Shown: one piece after another, positions 21,421 to 29,931 of the stretch
Layout of the letters: every line of letters starts with the position of its first letter
Numbering within the stretch: position 1 is the stretch's first letter
Source: an uncultured Alphaproteobacteria bacterium
GTDB taxonomy: Bacteria > Pseudomonadota > Alphaproteobacteria > Rhizobiales > Xanthobacteraceae
NCBI GenBank assembly: GCA_963748165.1
Contig: CAVVIM010000004.1
Span: forward strand, 1,318 to 65,317
Length of the DNA stretch: 64,000 bases
Direction of reading: 5' to 3'
Program-made: the position numbers and the translations under genes
Notes under the pieces: model-generated
Seen by the model: only the letters and a program-made list of their open reading frames with translations
Database searches by the model: none
What the model was told of the DNA's origin: nothing

Positions 21421-22227
21421 CTATTTCACGAACGAGCGCGAGGGTTTCAGGTGCAGTGCGAAGGCATCGACCTTGTCGCTGGCGCGCGGGTAGATTTCGC
21501 TCACGATCGGATCGTGACCGGGAATGAAGCGGTCGGGATGGCCGGCGAGCCGCTCGACGGTTTCCCAGCCCTGCGCCATGTCGCCGACATTGTAGACGAT
21601 CGGAAACGGGCTGCGGCGATGCAGATTGCCATAGTAATGAGCCGCATCCGAGGCCAGCACCACCGGTCCACGCCCGGTCTCGACCCGCACCACCTGCAAG
21701 CCATCGGAATGACCGCCGACGCGATGCACCGTCACGCCCGGCGCGATCTCGCCATCGCCGGAATGGAAGGTAACGCGCTCGCCATAGACATGGCGCACCA
21801 TCAGCGTCACGTGCTCGATCGAGAACGGATGCCGCAGCATGCCGTTGCACATGCAACGTCCGGTGGCATAGCTCATCTCGCGTTCCTGCAGATGAAAACG
21901 CGCCTGGGGAAAGCGATCGAGATTGCCGGCGTGGTCATAATGCAAATGGGTGACAATGATGTCCTTGATGCCGTCGGCCTTGACGCCGAAGCGATCGAGC
22001 GCATCGACGGGATTGAGCGTCAGCTTGCGCGCCCGCGCCCTGGCTTCTTCGGCGTTGAAACCGGTATCGACCAGAATATCGCGGCCCGGTGCTCGGATCA
22101 GCCAGACGAAATAATCGAGGTCCTGGGCGGCGGTCTCGTGCGGATCGGGCAGCAGATAATTCAATTGCGGCGTGCGCGGCGACATGGTGGCGTAGCGGAG
22201 CGCATAGATTTCGTGGAGGTTTGCCAT
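21421..22227 (-). CDS. MBL-fold hydrolase, N-acyl-homoserine-lactonase-like family
   Basis: The THLHYDHAGN motif (HxHxDH) plus a later GHSDG...D..H. ATG at 22227 (MANLHEIYALRYA). Confidence 0.8.
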   Translation of the reverse strand: MANLHEIYALRYATMSPRTPQLNYLLPDPHETAAQDLDYFVWLIRAPGRDILVDTGFNAEEARARARKLTLNPVDALDRFGVKADGIKDIIVTHLHYDHAGNLDRFPQARFHLQEREMSYATGRCMCNGMLRHPFSIEHVTLMVRHVYGERVTFHSGDGEIAPGVTVHRVGGHSDGLQVVRVETGRGPVVLASDAAHYYGNLHRRSPFPIVYNVGDMAQGWETVERLAGHPDRFIPGHDPIVSEIYPRASDKVDAFALHLKPSRSFVK

Positions 22228-22467
22228 CGGTTTCGCTTTTGCTGGTGGCGGGACGGATCGACGGCACCACCAAGCCACCGTCACCCGCAAAGGTCAAACC
22301 TCGGAGCGCGCATGTCACCGCCGATCCATGTGGGGTCCATCACATCGATGCTGATCCGAGCGGCGTGGGGCCGGTGATCGTGCGGCATCATTGCCGTGCG
22401 GTCTATTCCCCGGAAAAACGCGCTGGCGTGGCGTTAATTGCCGCGATATCCGCGAGTCCGCAAGGAG

Positions 22468-22506
22468 TTGACGGTTTGCGGGTCCGGTTTGATAATGCGG
22501 TTTGCG
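22468..22506 (+). promoter_or_regulatory. near-consensus sigma70 promoter (TTGACG-N17-GATAAT) interleaved with three CGGTTTG direct repeats at 13-bp spacing
   Basis: -35 at 22468-22473 and -10 at 22491-22496. GGTTTG occurs at 22473-22478, 22486-22491 and 22499-22504. It lies about 65 nt upstream of the ATG at 22568. Confidence 0.45.
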
Positions 22507-22567
22507 TAGAGTAAGGTCGCCGAGGCGCGTGCTGGGATCGGCGCCTTGCGGGCTGGACTGCCGTCAC

Positions 22568-24019
22568 ATGAGAATTTACCTCGCGTTGCTTGTGACCCTG
22601 ATTTTTTCGGTTGCGCCGCTCAGCCGGTCGATCGCCGCAGACGGTCATGCCGACCGGTTCGCACTGGTCATCGGCAACGCCAAATATCCCGATGCCGAGG
22701 CGCCGCTCAAGGAGCCGATCAACGACGCCCATGACGTCGCCGACGAGCTCAGGCGTGACGGCTTCAATGTCGAGGTCGGAGAAAACCTGAACATCGACGG
22801 CATGCGGCGCGCCTTCGATCGCCTCTACGGACGCATCAAGCCCGGATCGGTGGTGCTGCTCTTCTTCAGCGGCTTCGGCGTCCAGGCCGCCCGGCAGAGC
22901 TACATGATCCCGGTCGACGCCCAGATCTGGACCGAACCCGACGTTCGCCGCGACGGCTTCAGCCTCGAAACAGTTCTCGGCGAAATCAACAACCGCGGTG
23001 CCGGTGTCAAGATCGCCCTGCTCGACGCCAGCCGCCGCAACCCGTTCGAGCGCCGGTTCCGCAGCTTTTCGGCCGGCCTTGCGCCGGTGATTGCACCGAA
23101 CGGAACGCTGGTGATGTATTCGGCGGCACTGGGCTCGGTGATATCAGACAATGGCGGAGACCACAGCCTGTTCGTGCAGGAACTGCTCAAGGAGATTCGC
23201 GTCCCCGACTTGATGGCGGAGGAGACGCTGAACCGGACCCGCGTCGGCGTTACCCGGGCTTCGCGAAGGGAACAGATGCCGTGGATCTCGTCGTCGCTGG
23301 CTGAGGATTTTTCGTTTATCCCGGGTAGCGGCGCGCGACCGCCCGGCCCGTCGGTGGCGACGCTCCCCCCGCCTGCGCCATTGCCGCAAATCGACAATCC
23401 GCCGCCTGCGCCGCAACCCCCGCCATTGCCGCGAGTCGACAACCCGCAGCCGGCCGGACCGGCCGCGATCCCTCCGGCCGCGCGACCCGCGCAACCCGAA
23501 CCCGCGCCGGTGGTCGCGCTGGCCGACGACCCGACCATCAAGAACCTGACCAGCAGGCTCGCCAGCAATCCCGACGACGCCAACGCGTATTATCGGCGCG
23601 GCCAGGTCTATGCCAGCAAGGGCGCCTACAACCTCGCGATCAACGACTTCAACGACACGCTGCGGCTCAATCCAAGGGACGTGGAAGCCTACAACAACCG
23701 CTGCTGGACCCGCACGGTGATCGGCGAACTGCAGGCCGCCTTGAAGGATTGCAACGAGGCGCTGCGGCTGCGTCCGAACTTTGTCGATGCACTGGACAGC
23801 CGCGGCCTGCTGAACTTGAAATACGGCCAGGCCAGAAACGCGATTGCCGATTTCGACGCCGCCCTCAGGATCAATCCGAGACTGACGTCGTCGCTGTACG
23901 GGCGCGGGCTTGCCAGACAGCGCAACGGCGCGATTTCCGAGGGCGAATTGGACATCTCGAACGCCAAGGCGATGGATCCGAATATAGTCAAGGAGTTCGC
24001 CAGTTACGGCGTCAACTGA
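22568..24019 (+). CDS. secreted caspase-fold (peptidase C14-like) protein lacking the catalytic dyad, with a Pro-rich linker and C-terminal TPR repeats
   Basis: Signal peptide MRIYLALLVTLIFSVAPLSRSIA|AD. C14-like core FALVIGNAKYPDAEAPLKEPINDAHDVADELRRDGF...VVLLFFSGFGVQ...IALLDASRRNPF. Phe replaces the His and Ser replaces the Cys. The TPR region reads AYYRRGQVYASKGAYNLAINDFNDTLRLNPRDVEAYNNR... Confidence 0.85.
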   Translation: MRIYLALLVTLIFSVAPLSRSIAADGHADRFALVIGNAKYPDAEAPLKEPINDAHDVADELRRDGFNVEVGENLNIDGMRRAFDRLYGRIKPGSVVLLFFSGFGVQAARQSYMIPVDAQIWTEPDVRRDGFSLETVLGEINNRGAGVKIALLDASRRNPFERRFRSFSAGLAPVIAPNGTLVMYSAALGSVISDNGGDHSLFVQELLKEIRVPDLMAEETLNRTRVGVTRASRREQMPWISSSLAEDFSFIPGSGARPPGPSVATLPPPAPLPQIDNPPPAPQPPPLPRVDNPQPAGPAAIPPAARPAQPEPAPVVALADDPTIKNLTSRLASNPDDANAYYRRGQVYASKGAYNLAINDFNDTLRLNPRDVEAYNNRCWTRTVIGELQAALKDCNEALRLRPNFVDALDSRGLLNLKYGQARNAIADFDAALRINPRLTSSLYGRGLARQRNGAISEGELDISNAKAMDPNIVKEFASYGVN

Positions 24020-24161
24020 CGGCAATTTGAGCCGGACCGCAGGTTTCCTCGAACCCTGGGCAGGGTCCCGAGACCAATGAGAAGCCATGCGGTGATCGGG
24101 TGACCCGCGGCTGGTTTGAGAATTGATTGGAACCGCGCAGATTGCGCAGGAGGATGGGGCT

Positions 24162-24821
24162 ATGACAAAAATCTCTGGAATGAGAAACCTGACCGCGATG
24201 CTCGCGGTCGTGGCCATGGGTGCGGTATTTTCCGTCGCCGCGGGACAAGCTCGCGCCGGCGACGATGTCACCGAGGATCAGATCGTGCGGGCGCTGGCCC
24301 CGGCCAAGAAGCCCTTGACCCGGAGCCTGTCGGTCGGGCCGCAGGCCGATCCCGCGGCGGTCGCCGCCGAGGGCAAGTTCGTTCAGACCATTCGCAACCG
24401 GACCACGCGCTCGCTCTCGGCCGGCGAACGCGAGGAAATCGCCACCATCGCCAAGGACAAGCCCAATATCGATCTGGAGATCAACTTCGACTACAATTCC
24501 GCCGACATCAGCGCGAAGTCGCTGCCCTCGGTGCAGGCGCTGGGACGCGCGCTGATCAATCCGGATCTCAAGGGCTCGACCTTCCTCGTCGCCGGCTACA
24601 CCGACGCCGCCGGCGGCGAGGCCTACAATCAGGACTTGTCCGAACGGCGGGCCGATTCGATCAAGCATTTTCTGGTCGACAAATTCGGTATCGCCGGCAC
24701 CGACCTTGTGACCGTCGGATATGGCAAGACCAAGCTCAAGGATCCGAGCCAACCGATGGCGGAAGCGAACCGCCGGGTGCAGGTCGTCAACATGACGAAC
24801 AAGGCCACCGCCTCGAAGTGA
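24162..24821 (+). CDS. OmpA-family (OmpA_C peptidoglycan-binding) periplasmic protein
   Basis: Signal peptide ...AAGQARA|GD. The C-terminal domain INFDYNSADISAKSLPSVQALGRAL...LVAGYTDAAGGEAYNQDLSERRADSIKHFLV...GYGKTKL...ANRRVQV is OmpA_C-like. AGGAGGA precedes the ATG at 24162. Confidence 0.88.
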   Translation: MTKISGMRNLTAMLAVVAMGAVFSVAAGQARAGDDVTEDQIVRALAPAKKPLTRSLSVGPQADPAAVAAEGKFVQTIRNRTTRSLSAGEREEIATIAKDKPNIDLEINFDYNSADISAKSLPSVQALGRALINPDLKGSTFLVAGYTDAAGGEAYNQDLSERRADSIKHFLVDKFGIAGTDLVTVGYGKTKLKDPSQPMAEANRRVQVVNMTNKATASK

Positions 24822-24859
24822 GATCGGTCGTGGCTCAAGCCGGATTTTGCCGTTACAGT

Positions 24860-24883
24860 GCGTCCCGCCCCCTTGCGGGACGC
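24860..24883 (+). terminator. stem-loop after the OmpA-like gene (possible weak terminator)
   Basis: GCGTCCCGC-CCCCTT-GCGGGACGC followed by CGTTCGT, so the T tract is poor. Confidence 0.3.
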
Positions 24884-24964
24884 CGTTCGTGGCGGAGCCC
24901 GGCCTGACCCTTCCGGACAACCAAAGCCGCGTCCCCGGCGCCACAGTTCTGGATTGATCCGGCG

Positions 24965-25885
24965 ATGACGCTCTCCGAATACCTCAAACCTGCGTTGGCG
25001 GTGGGCGGCGTTGTCGTCCTTGGGGCCGGCTATTACTGGAACGAACACCGTTCCCATCATGCGGACGAGGGCACGCCGAGCAGCGCCCTTGTGGTGGTCA
25101 CCAAGGCGACCAATGCCTGCTTCTCCGATCTGGTGCGGGTCACCGGATTTATCGTGCCACGCCGGGAAGCCGTGGTCGGCGTCGAACAGGAAGGATCCAG
25201 GGTTACCGATCTCATGGTCCATGAAGGCGACATGGTCACGGAGAACCAGGAGCTGGCCCGGCTCACCCCGCCGACAGCACAGCCCGGAAGCAATGCGAGG
25301 TCGGCGCCGGTTTCACTGCGCGCCCCGGCGCCCGGGCTGGTCACCCAGGTCAACACCATCGTGGGGGCGGCCGCCTCGCCCCAGGCCGGGCCGTTGTTTC
25401 GCATTTCCATCAACAACGAGGTCGAACTGGATGCCGAAGTACCGGCCATCCACATGCTGAAGCTCAATCCGGGGGCGACGGCGCGGATCAGCCGGGACGA
25501 TGCGCCGGATATGGTCGGGCGCGTCAGGCTGATCTCGCCGCAAATCGATCGCGCCAACCAGCTCGGCCATGTCAGGATATCGATGAGCTACAATCCTTCG
25601 CTCAAGGTCGGCATGTTCGCGCGCGCCAATATCGACGCCAAGCGCAGTTGCGGGGTCGCCATTCCCCGCACCGCCATTGACCATCTGACGGTTCAGGTGG
25701 TCAAAGGAACCACCGTGGAGACGCGCAACGTCCGGGTCGGACTGGTGTCCGACACCAGCATCGAAATCCTCGAAGGCCTCGACGTCGGCGAAATCGTGGT
25801 GGCCGACGCCGGCAGTTCGCTGCACGACGGCGACCAGATCAAGACCATGTTCGCCGAGGACCTCGATCGGACGCGGGTACGCTGA
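24965..25885 (+). CDS. short HlyD/MFP-type efflux adaptor subunit
   Basis: 306 aa with an N-terminal TM segment. Lipoyl and beta-barrel motifs are visible (RVTDLMVHEGDMVTENQELARL; APAPGLVTQVNTIVG; GRVRLISPQIDRANQLGHVRI). Its stop overlaps the RND ATG (TGATG). Confidence 0.85.
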   Translation: MTLSEYLKPALAVGGVVVLGAGYYWNEHRSHHADEGTPSSALVVVTKATNACFSDLVRVTGFIVPRREAVVGVEQEGSRVTDLMVHEGDMVTENQELARLTPPTAQPGSNARSAPVSLRAPAPGLVTQVNTIVGAAASPQAGPLFRISINNEVELDAEVPAIHMLKLNPGATARISRDDAPDMVGRVRLISPQIDRANQLGHVRISMSYNPSLKVGMFARANIDAKRSCGVAIPRTAIDHLTVQVVKGTTVETRNVRVGLVSDTSIEILEGLDVGEIVVADAGSSLHDGDQIKTMFAEDLDRTRVR

Positions 25886-28800
25886 TGGCTCTGAATATCT
25901 CGGCATGGTCGATCCGCAATCCACTTCCGTCCGTGGTGTTTTCGATCATCCTCCTGGTGCTCGGCTGGGTCAGCTTCACCAAGCTGGCGGTGACACGGCT
26001 GCCCAGCGCCGACATCCCGGTGATCTCGGTCGCGGTGTCGCAATTCGGCGCCGCCCCGGCCGAACTCGAATCGCAGGTCACCAAGACCATCGAAGACGGC
26101 GTCTCCGGCGTCGAGGGCGTGCGGCATATTTCATCCTCGATTACCGACGGCCTGTCGCTGACGACGATCCAGTTCGCGCTCGAGACCAACACCGACCGCG
26201 CGCTGAACGACGTCAAGGACGCGGTGACCCGCGTGCGCGCCAACCTGCCGCAAAACGTCAATGAGCCGCTGATCCAGCGCGTCGACGTGATCGGCCTGCC
26301 GATCGTGACCTATGCCGCGATATCGCCTGGCAAGACGCCCGAGCAATTATCCTACTTCGTCGACGACGTCGTTAAACGCGCCCTGCAGGGGGTGCGCGGC
26401 GTCGCCCAGGTCGAGCGTATCGGCGGTGTCGAGCGCGAAATCCTGGTCTCGCTCGATCCCGACCGGCTGCAGGCCGCCGGCCTCACCGCCGTCAACGTCA
26501 GCCAGAGCCTGCGCGGCACCAATGTCGACCTCGCCGGCGGCCGCGCCGAGATCGGCAAGAACGATCAGGCGATCCGCACGCTGGCCGGCGCCAAGACGCT
26601 CAACGAGCTCGCCGGGACCATGATCCCGCTGTTCACCGGCGGCGAAGTTCGGCTCGACGATCTCGGTACCGTCACCGACACCATCGCCGACCGCCGCACC
26701 TTTGCCCGCTTCAACGGCGAGCCGGTGGTGGCGCTCGGCATCAAGCGCTCCAAGGGTGCGAGCGACGTGGTGGTGGCGGGCCTCGTGCAGAAGCGGATCG
26801 ACGCGCTCAAGGTGGCCTATCCCGACGTCGACCTCAAGCTGATCGACACCTCGGTCGAATTCACCCACGGCAATTACGAGGCCGCGATCTCGACCCTGTT
26901 CGAGGGCGCCATCCTCGCCGTCATCGTCGTGCTGCTGTTCCTGCGCGATATTCGCGCCACCATCATCGCCGCGATCTCGCTGCCGCTGTCGATCTTCCCG
27001 GCATTCTGGGCGATGGATCTGCTCGGATTCTCGCTCAACCTGGTCAGCTTCCTGGCCATCACGCTGTCGACCGGCATCCTGGTCGACGACGCCATTGTCG
27101 AGATCGAGAACATCGTGCGCCATATGCGGATGGGCAAGTCGCCCTACCGCGCGGCGCTGGAGGCGGCCGACGAAATCGGGCTCGCGGTGATCGCGATCAG
27201 CCTCACCATCATCGCGATCTTCGCGCCGGCCAGCTTCATGTCGGGCATCGCCGGCCAGTTCTTCAAGCAATTCGGCATCACGGTTTCGGTGCAGGTGTTC
27301 TTCTCGCTGCTCGCCGCGCGCTTCGTCACGCCGGTGCTGGCCGCCTATTTCCTGAAGGATAGTCCGCATCACGATCCGCCGCCGGGGCGCGTGCTGCAGG
27401 GCTATACCAGGCTCGTCACCTGGTCGGTTCGGCACCATTTCATCACCGTCCTGATCGGGTTCGGCATTTTTGCCGCCTCGATCTGGAGCATCACGCTGTT
27501 GCCGCAGGGCTTCCTGCCGGCGCAGGACACCGCGCGCTCGCTGCTCGCGATGGAACTGCCGCCCGGTTCGCAACTCGCCTACACCGAAAAGGTTACCGAG
27601 GAGATCGTGGCTCGGCTGCGCAAGCATCCCGAGGTCCGGAGCGTGTTCGTCGATGGCGGCCGGGTGCCGCCGGGAACCTTCGAGGTCCGCCGCGCGGCGC
27701 TGATCATCAATTACACCCCGAAGACCGAACGCAAGATCACCCAGCGCGAGCTCGAGCTCGAGATCAGCAAGGAGCTCGAGAACGTCCCGGATATCCGGTT
27801 CTGGTTCCTCGACGAAAACGGCCTGCGCGCGATCTCGCTGGTCGTGACCGGCGCCGACAGCGGCATCGTCGGCAATGTCGCGAGCGAGCTGGCGACCCAG
27901 ATGAAGCGCATTCCGATCATCGCCAACGTGATTTCCGAGACCTCGCTCGACCGGCCCGAATTGCGGATCCAGCCGCGGGCCGATCTCGCCGCGCGTCTCG
28001 GCGTCTCCACCGAAAGCCTGTCGCAGACCATCCGCGTCGCCACCATCGGCGACGTCGGCCCGGCGCTCGCCAAGTTCGACGCCGGCGACCGGCTGGTGCC
28101 GATCCGGGTCCAGCTCGAGGATGCCGCGCGCGGCGACCTGCCGCTGCTCGAGGAGCTGCGGGTGCCGCTCGGCGAACACGGCGAAAAGGGTGGCGTGCCG
28201 CTCTCGGTGGTCGCCGACATCAAGCTCGACCAGGGCCCGACCAGCATCAACCGCTATGACCGGGAGCGCCAGGCCACCGTCGCTGCCGATCTGGTCGGCA
28301 CCGCCGCGCTCGGCGATGCCACCAAGAAGATCTACGATCTGCCGGTGATGAAAAGCCTGCCCAAGGGCGTCAAGGTGAGCCCGTCCGGCGACGCCGAAAG
28401 CCTCAACGAATTGTCGGATGGTTTTGCGACCGCGATTACCGCCGGCCTGATGATGGTCTATGCGGTGCTGGTGCTGCTGTTCGGCACCTTCCTGCAGCCG
28501 ATCACCATCCTGTTCTCGCTGCCGCTCTCGATCGGCGGCGCGATCGTGGCCCTGCTCGTCACCGGCAAGCAGCTCACGACGCCGGTGTGGATCGGCATTT
28601 TGATGCTGATGGGCATCGTCACCAAGAACGCCATCATGCTGGTGGAATTCGCGGTCGAATCGATTCGCGACGGCAAGCCCCGCGACGAAGCCATCATCGA
28701 CGCCGGCATGAAGCGCGCGCGCCCCATTGTCATGACCACCATTGCGATGGCCGCCGGCATGATGCCGAGCGCGCTGGCGTTCGGCGCCGGCGGCGAATTC

Positions 28801-29034
28801 CGCTCGCCGATGGCGCTCGCCGTGATCGGCGGGCTGTTGTTCTCCACCGTGCTGTCGCTGGTGTTCGTGCCGGCGATGTTCATGATGATGGACGATCTCG
28901 GCGCGCTGATCTGGCGTTTCGGCAGCAAGCTGATCGTCTCCACCGGCGATGCCGAGCATCCGCCGGCCGGACATGGCGATCACAGGCAGCCGCCGACACC
29001 CCCGGCGATCGTGCGGTCGCCGGCCGCGGAATAG
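25885..29034 (+). CDS. RND efflux permease (AcrB/HAE family)
   Basis: 1049 aa. The N-terminus ISAWSIRNPLPSVVFSIILLVLG, the 12-TM layout with two large loops, and LSTGILVDDAIVEIENIVRHM are all typical of RND permeases. Confidence 0.93.
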   Translation: MALNISAWSIRNPLPSVVFSIILLVLGWVSFTKLAVTRLPSADIPVISVAVSQFGAAPAELESQVTKTIEDGVSGVEGVRHISSSITDGLSLTTIQFALETNTDRALNDVKDAVTRVRANLPQNVNEPLIQRVDVIGLPIVTYAAISPGKTPEQLSYFVDDVVKRALQGVRGVAQVERIGGVEREILVSLDPDRLQAAGLTAVNVSQSLRGTNVDLAGGRAEIGKNDQAIRTLAGAKTLNELAGTMIPLFTGGEVRLDDLGTVTDTIADRRTFARFNGEPVVALGIKRSKGASDVVVAGLVQKRIDALKVAYPDVDLKLIDTSVEFTHGNYEAAISTLFEGAILAVIVVLLFLRDIRATIIAAISLPLSIFPAFWAMDLLGFSLNLVSFLAITLSTGILVDDAIVEIENIVRHMRMGKSPYRAALEAADEIGLAVIAISLTIIAIFAPASFMSGIAGQFFKQFGITVSVQVFFSLLAARFVTPVLAAYFLKDSPHHDPPPGRVLQGYTRLVTWSVRHHFITVLIGFGIFAASIWSITLLPQGFLPAQDTARSLLAMELPPGSQLAYTEKVTEEIVARLRKHPEVRSVFVDGGRVPPGTFEVRRAALIINYTPKTERKITQRELELEISKELENVPDIRFWFLDENGLRAISLVVTGADSGIVGNVASELATQMKRIPIIANVISETSLDRPELRIQPRADLAARLGVSTESLSQTIRVATIGDVGPALAKFDAGDRLVPIRVQLEDAARGDLPLLEELRVPLGEHGEKGGVPLSVVADIKLDQGPTSINRYDRERQATVAADLVGTAALGDATKKIYDLPVMKSLPKGVKVSPSGDAESLNELSDGFATAITAGLMMVYAVLVLLFGTFLQPITILFSLPLSIGGAIVALLVTGKQLTTPVWIGILMLMGIVTKNAIMLVEFAVESIRDGKPRDEAIIDAGMKRARPIVMTTIAMAAGMMPSALAFGAGGEFRSPMALAVIGGLLFSTVLSLVFVPAMFMMMDDLGALIWRFGSKLIVSTGDAEHPPAGHGDHRQPPTPPAIVRSPAAE

Positions 29035-29051
29035 CCGCGCCGGCGCGGCCG

Positions 29052-29726
29052 TCACTCGTTGCGCGCCACCGCGGTCAGCTTGTTGATGTTCTGCAGCAGG
29101 ATGCGGCCGCGCTGCAGGTCCAGGATGCCCTCCTTGCGCCAGCTCTGAAGCTGGCGATTGACGCTTTCGCGCGCCGCGCCGACGAATATGCCGAGTTGCT
29201 CCTGCGAGATGTGCACCTCGGAGCCGAAATCGGAGGCCAGCGCGCACAGCCGGCGCGCCAGCCGGACCGGCAGCGGCTGCAGCACCGATTCCTCCATCCG
29301 CTCGCTCATCCAGCGAATCCGCTGGCACAATAGCTGGATCAGTTTGACCGCGACGCGCGGTTCGCGCTCGAGATGGGCGAGGAAATCCTCGCGCCGCAGC
29401 ACGAACAGTTCCGACGGCTCGCCCGCCATCGCGTCCGCGGTGCGGCTCTCGCCGTCGAGCACCGCGACCTCGCCGAACAGGTCGCCCGGGCCCATGAAAT
29501 TCAGGGTCAGACGGCTGCCGTCGGAAGCGCCGGTTTCGATCCGGATCTGGCCGCGGCGCACCCCGTACAGGGCATTGCCGGGGTCGCCCTTTTGAAACAG
29601 CATTTCGCCCAGCGCGAGCTGCTGGGTGTGGCAAAGGCCGGAGATCCGCTGCAGTTCGTCGGCGCCGAGGTCCGCGAACATCGGATTCATCTTCAGCATC
29701 ACCGCGAATTCGGTCTGCTTGCTCAT
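29052..29726 (-). CDS. Crp/Fnr family transcriptional regulator (cNMP-binding domain plus HTH)
   Basis: 224 aa. The cNMP-binding beta-roll (LFQKGDPGNALYGVRRGQIRI...GPGDLFGEVAVLDGESRTADA) is followed by a C-terminal HTH (ISQEQLGIFVGAARESVNRQLQSWRKEGIL). There is no N-terminal Cys cluster, so it is not FNR-like. Confidence 0.9.
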   Translation of the reverse strand: MSKQTEFAVMLKMNPMFADLGADELQRISGLCHTQQLALGEMLFQKGDPGNALYGVRRGQIRIETGASDGSRLTLNFMGPGDLFGEVAVLDGESRTADAMAGEPSELFVLRREDFLAHLEREPRVAVKLIQLLCQRIRWMSERMEESVLQPLPVRLARRLCALASDFGSEVHISQEQLGIFVGAARESVNRQLQSWRKEGILDLQRGRILLQNINKLTAVARNE

Positions 29727-29781
29727 GGCATTGCCTTTCGGGATGTCAAAACAGGCGTATCAAGATCTGGCTGCCGGGAAG

Positions 29782-29797
29782 TGTGTCATAAGTCACA
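29782..29797. promoter_or_regulatory. CRP-like box TGTGT-CATAAG-TCACA
   Basis: Matches the TGTGA-N6-TCACA core at 9 of 10 positions. It lies in the divergent crp-like/asmA intergenic region, centred about 63 bp from the crp ATG and about 143 bp from the asmA ATG. Confidence 0.45.
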
Positions 29798-29931
29798 TAT
29801 CTTTGCAGTAGCTTCGGATTATTTTGGCGTCCTTTGAGCTGTTCCGCTATTCCGGGATAAGCTTGAGCCATCGGCCGCGCCCAAACACGCGCCGCCGCCA
29901 TCGATGCCGCGTGCCGGTCTGGAATGTCGTC

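Noticed and set aside
23330-23520. Pro-rich, partly repeated DNA (…GCCATTGCCGCAAATCGACAATCCGC… / …GCCATTGCCGCGAGTCGACAACCCGC…) considered as a contingency repeat
   Set aside because: There are only two diverged copies, and they encode a PxxP-type linker between the C14-like and TPR domains. It behaves as an ordinary low-complexity linker.
22568-24019. Caspase-like gene considered as part of a gasdermin/CHAT-type antiphage defence system
   Set aside because: No gasdermin-like, NACHT/STAND, CRISPR or toxin gene is adjacent. Both caspase-fold proteins carry Sec signal peptides and lack the catalytic His/Cys, which is incompatible with a cytoplasmic activating protease.
26347-29634. 1095-aa minus-strand ORF opposite the RND permease and running into the crp-family gene
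   Set aside because: It is antisense to an unmistakable AcrB-family gene, and its composition is typical of a GC-rich shadow ORF.
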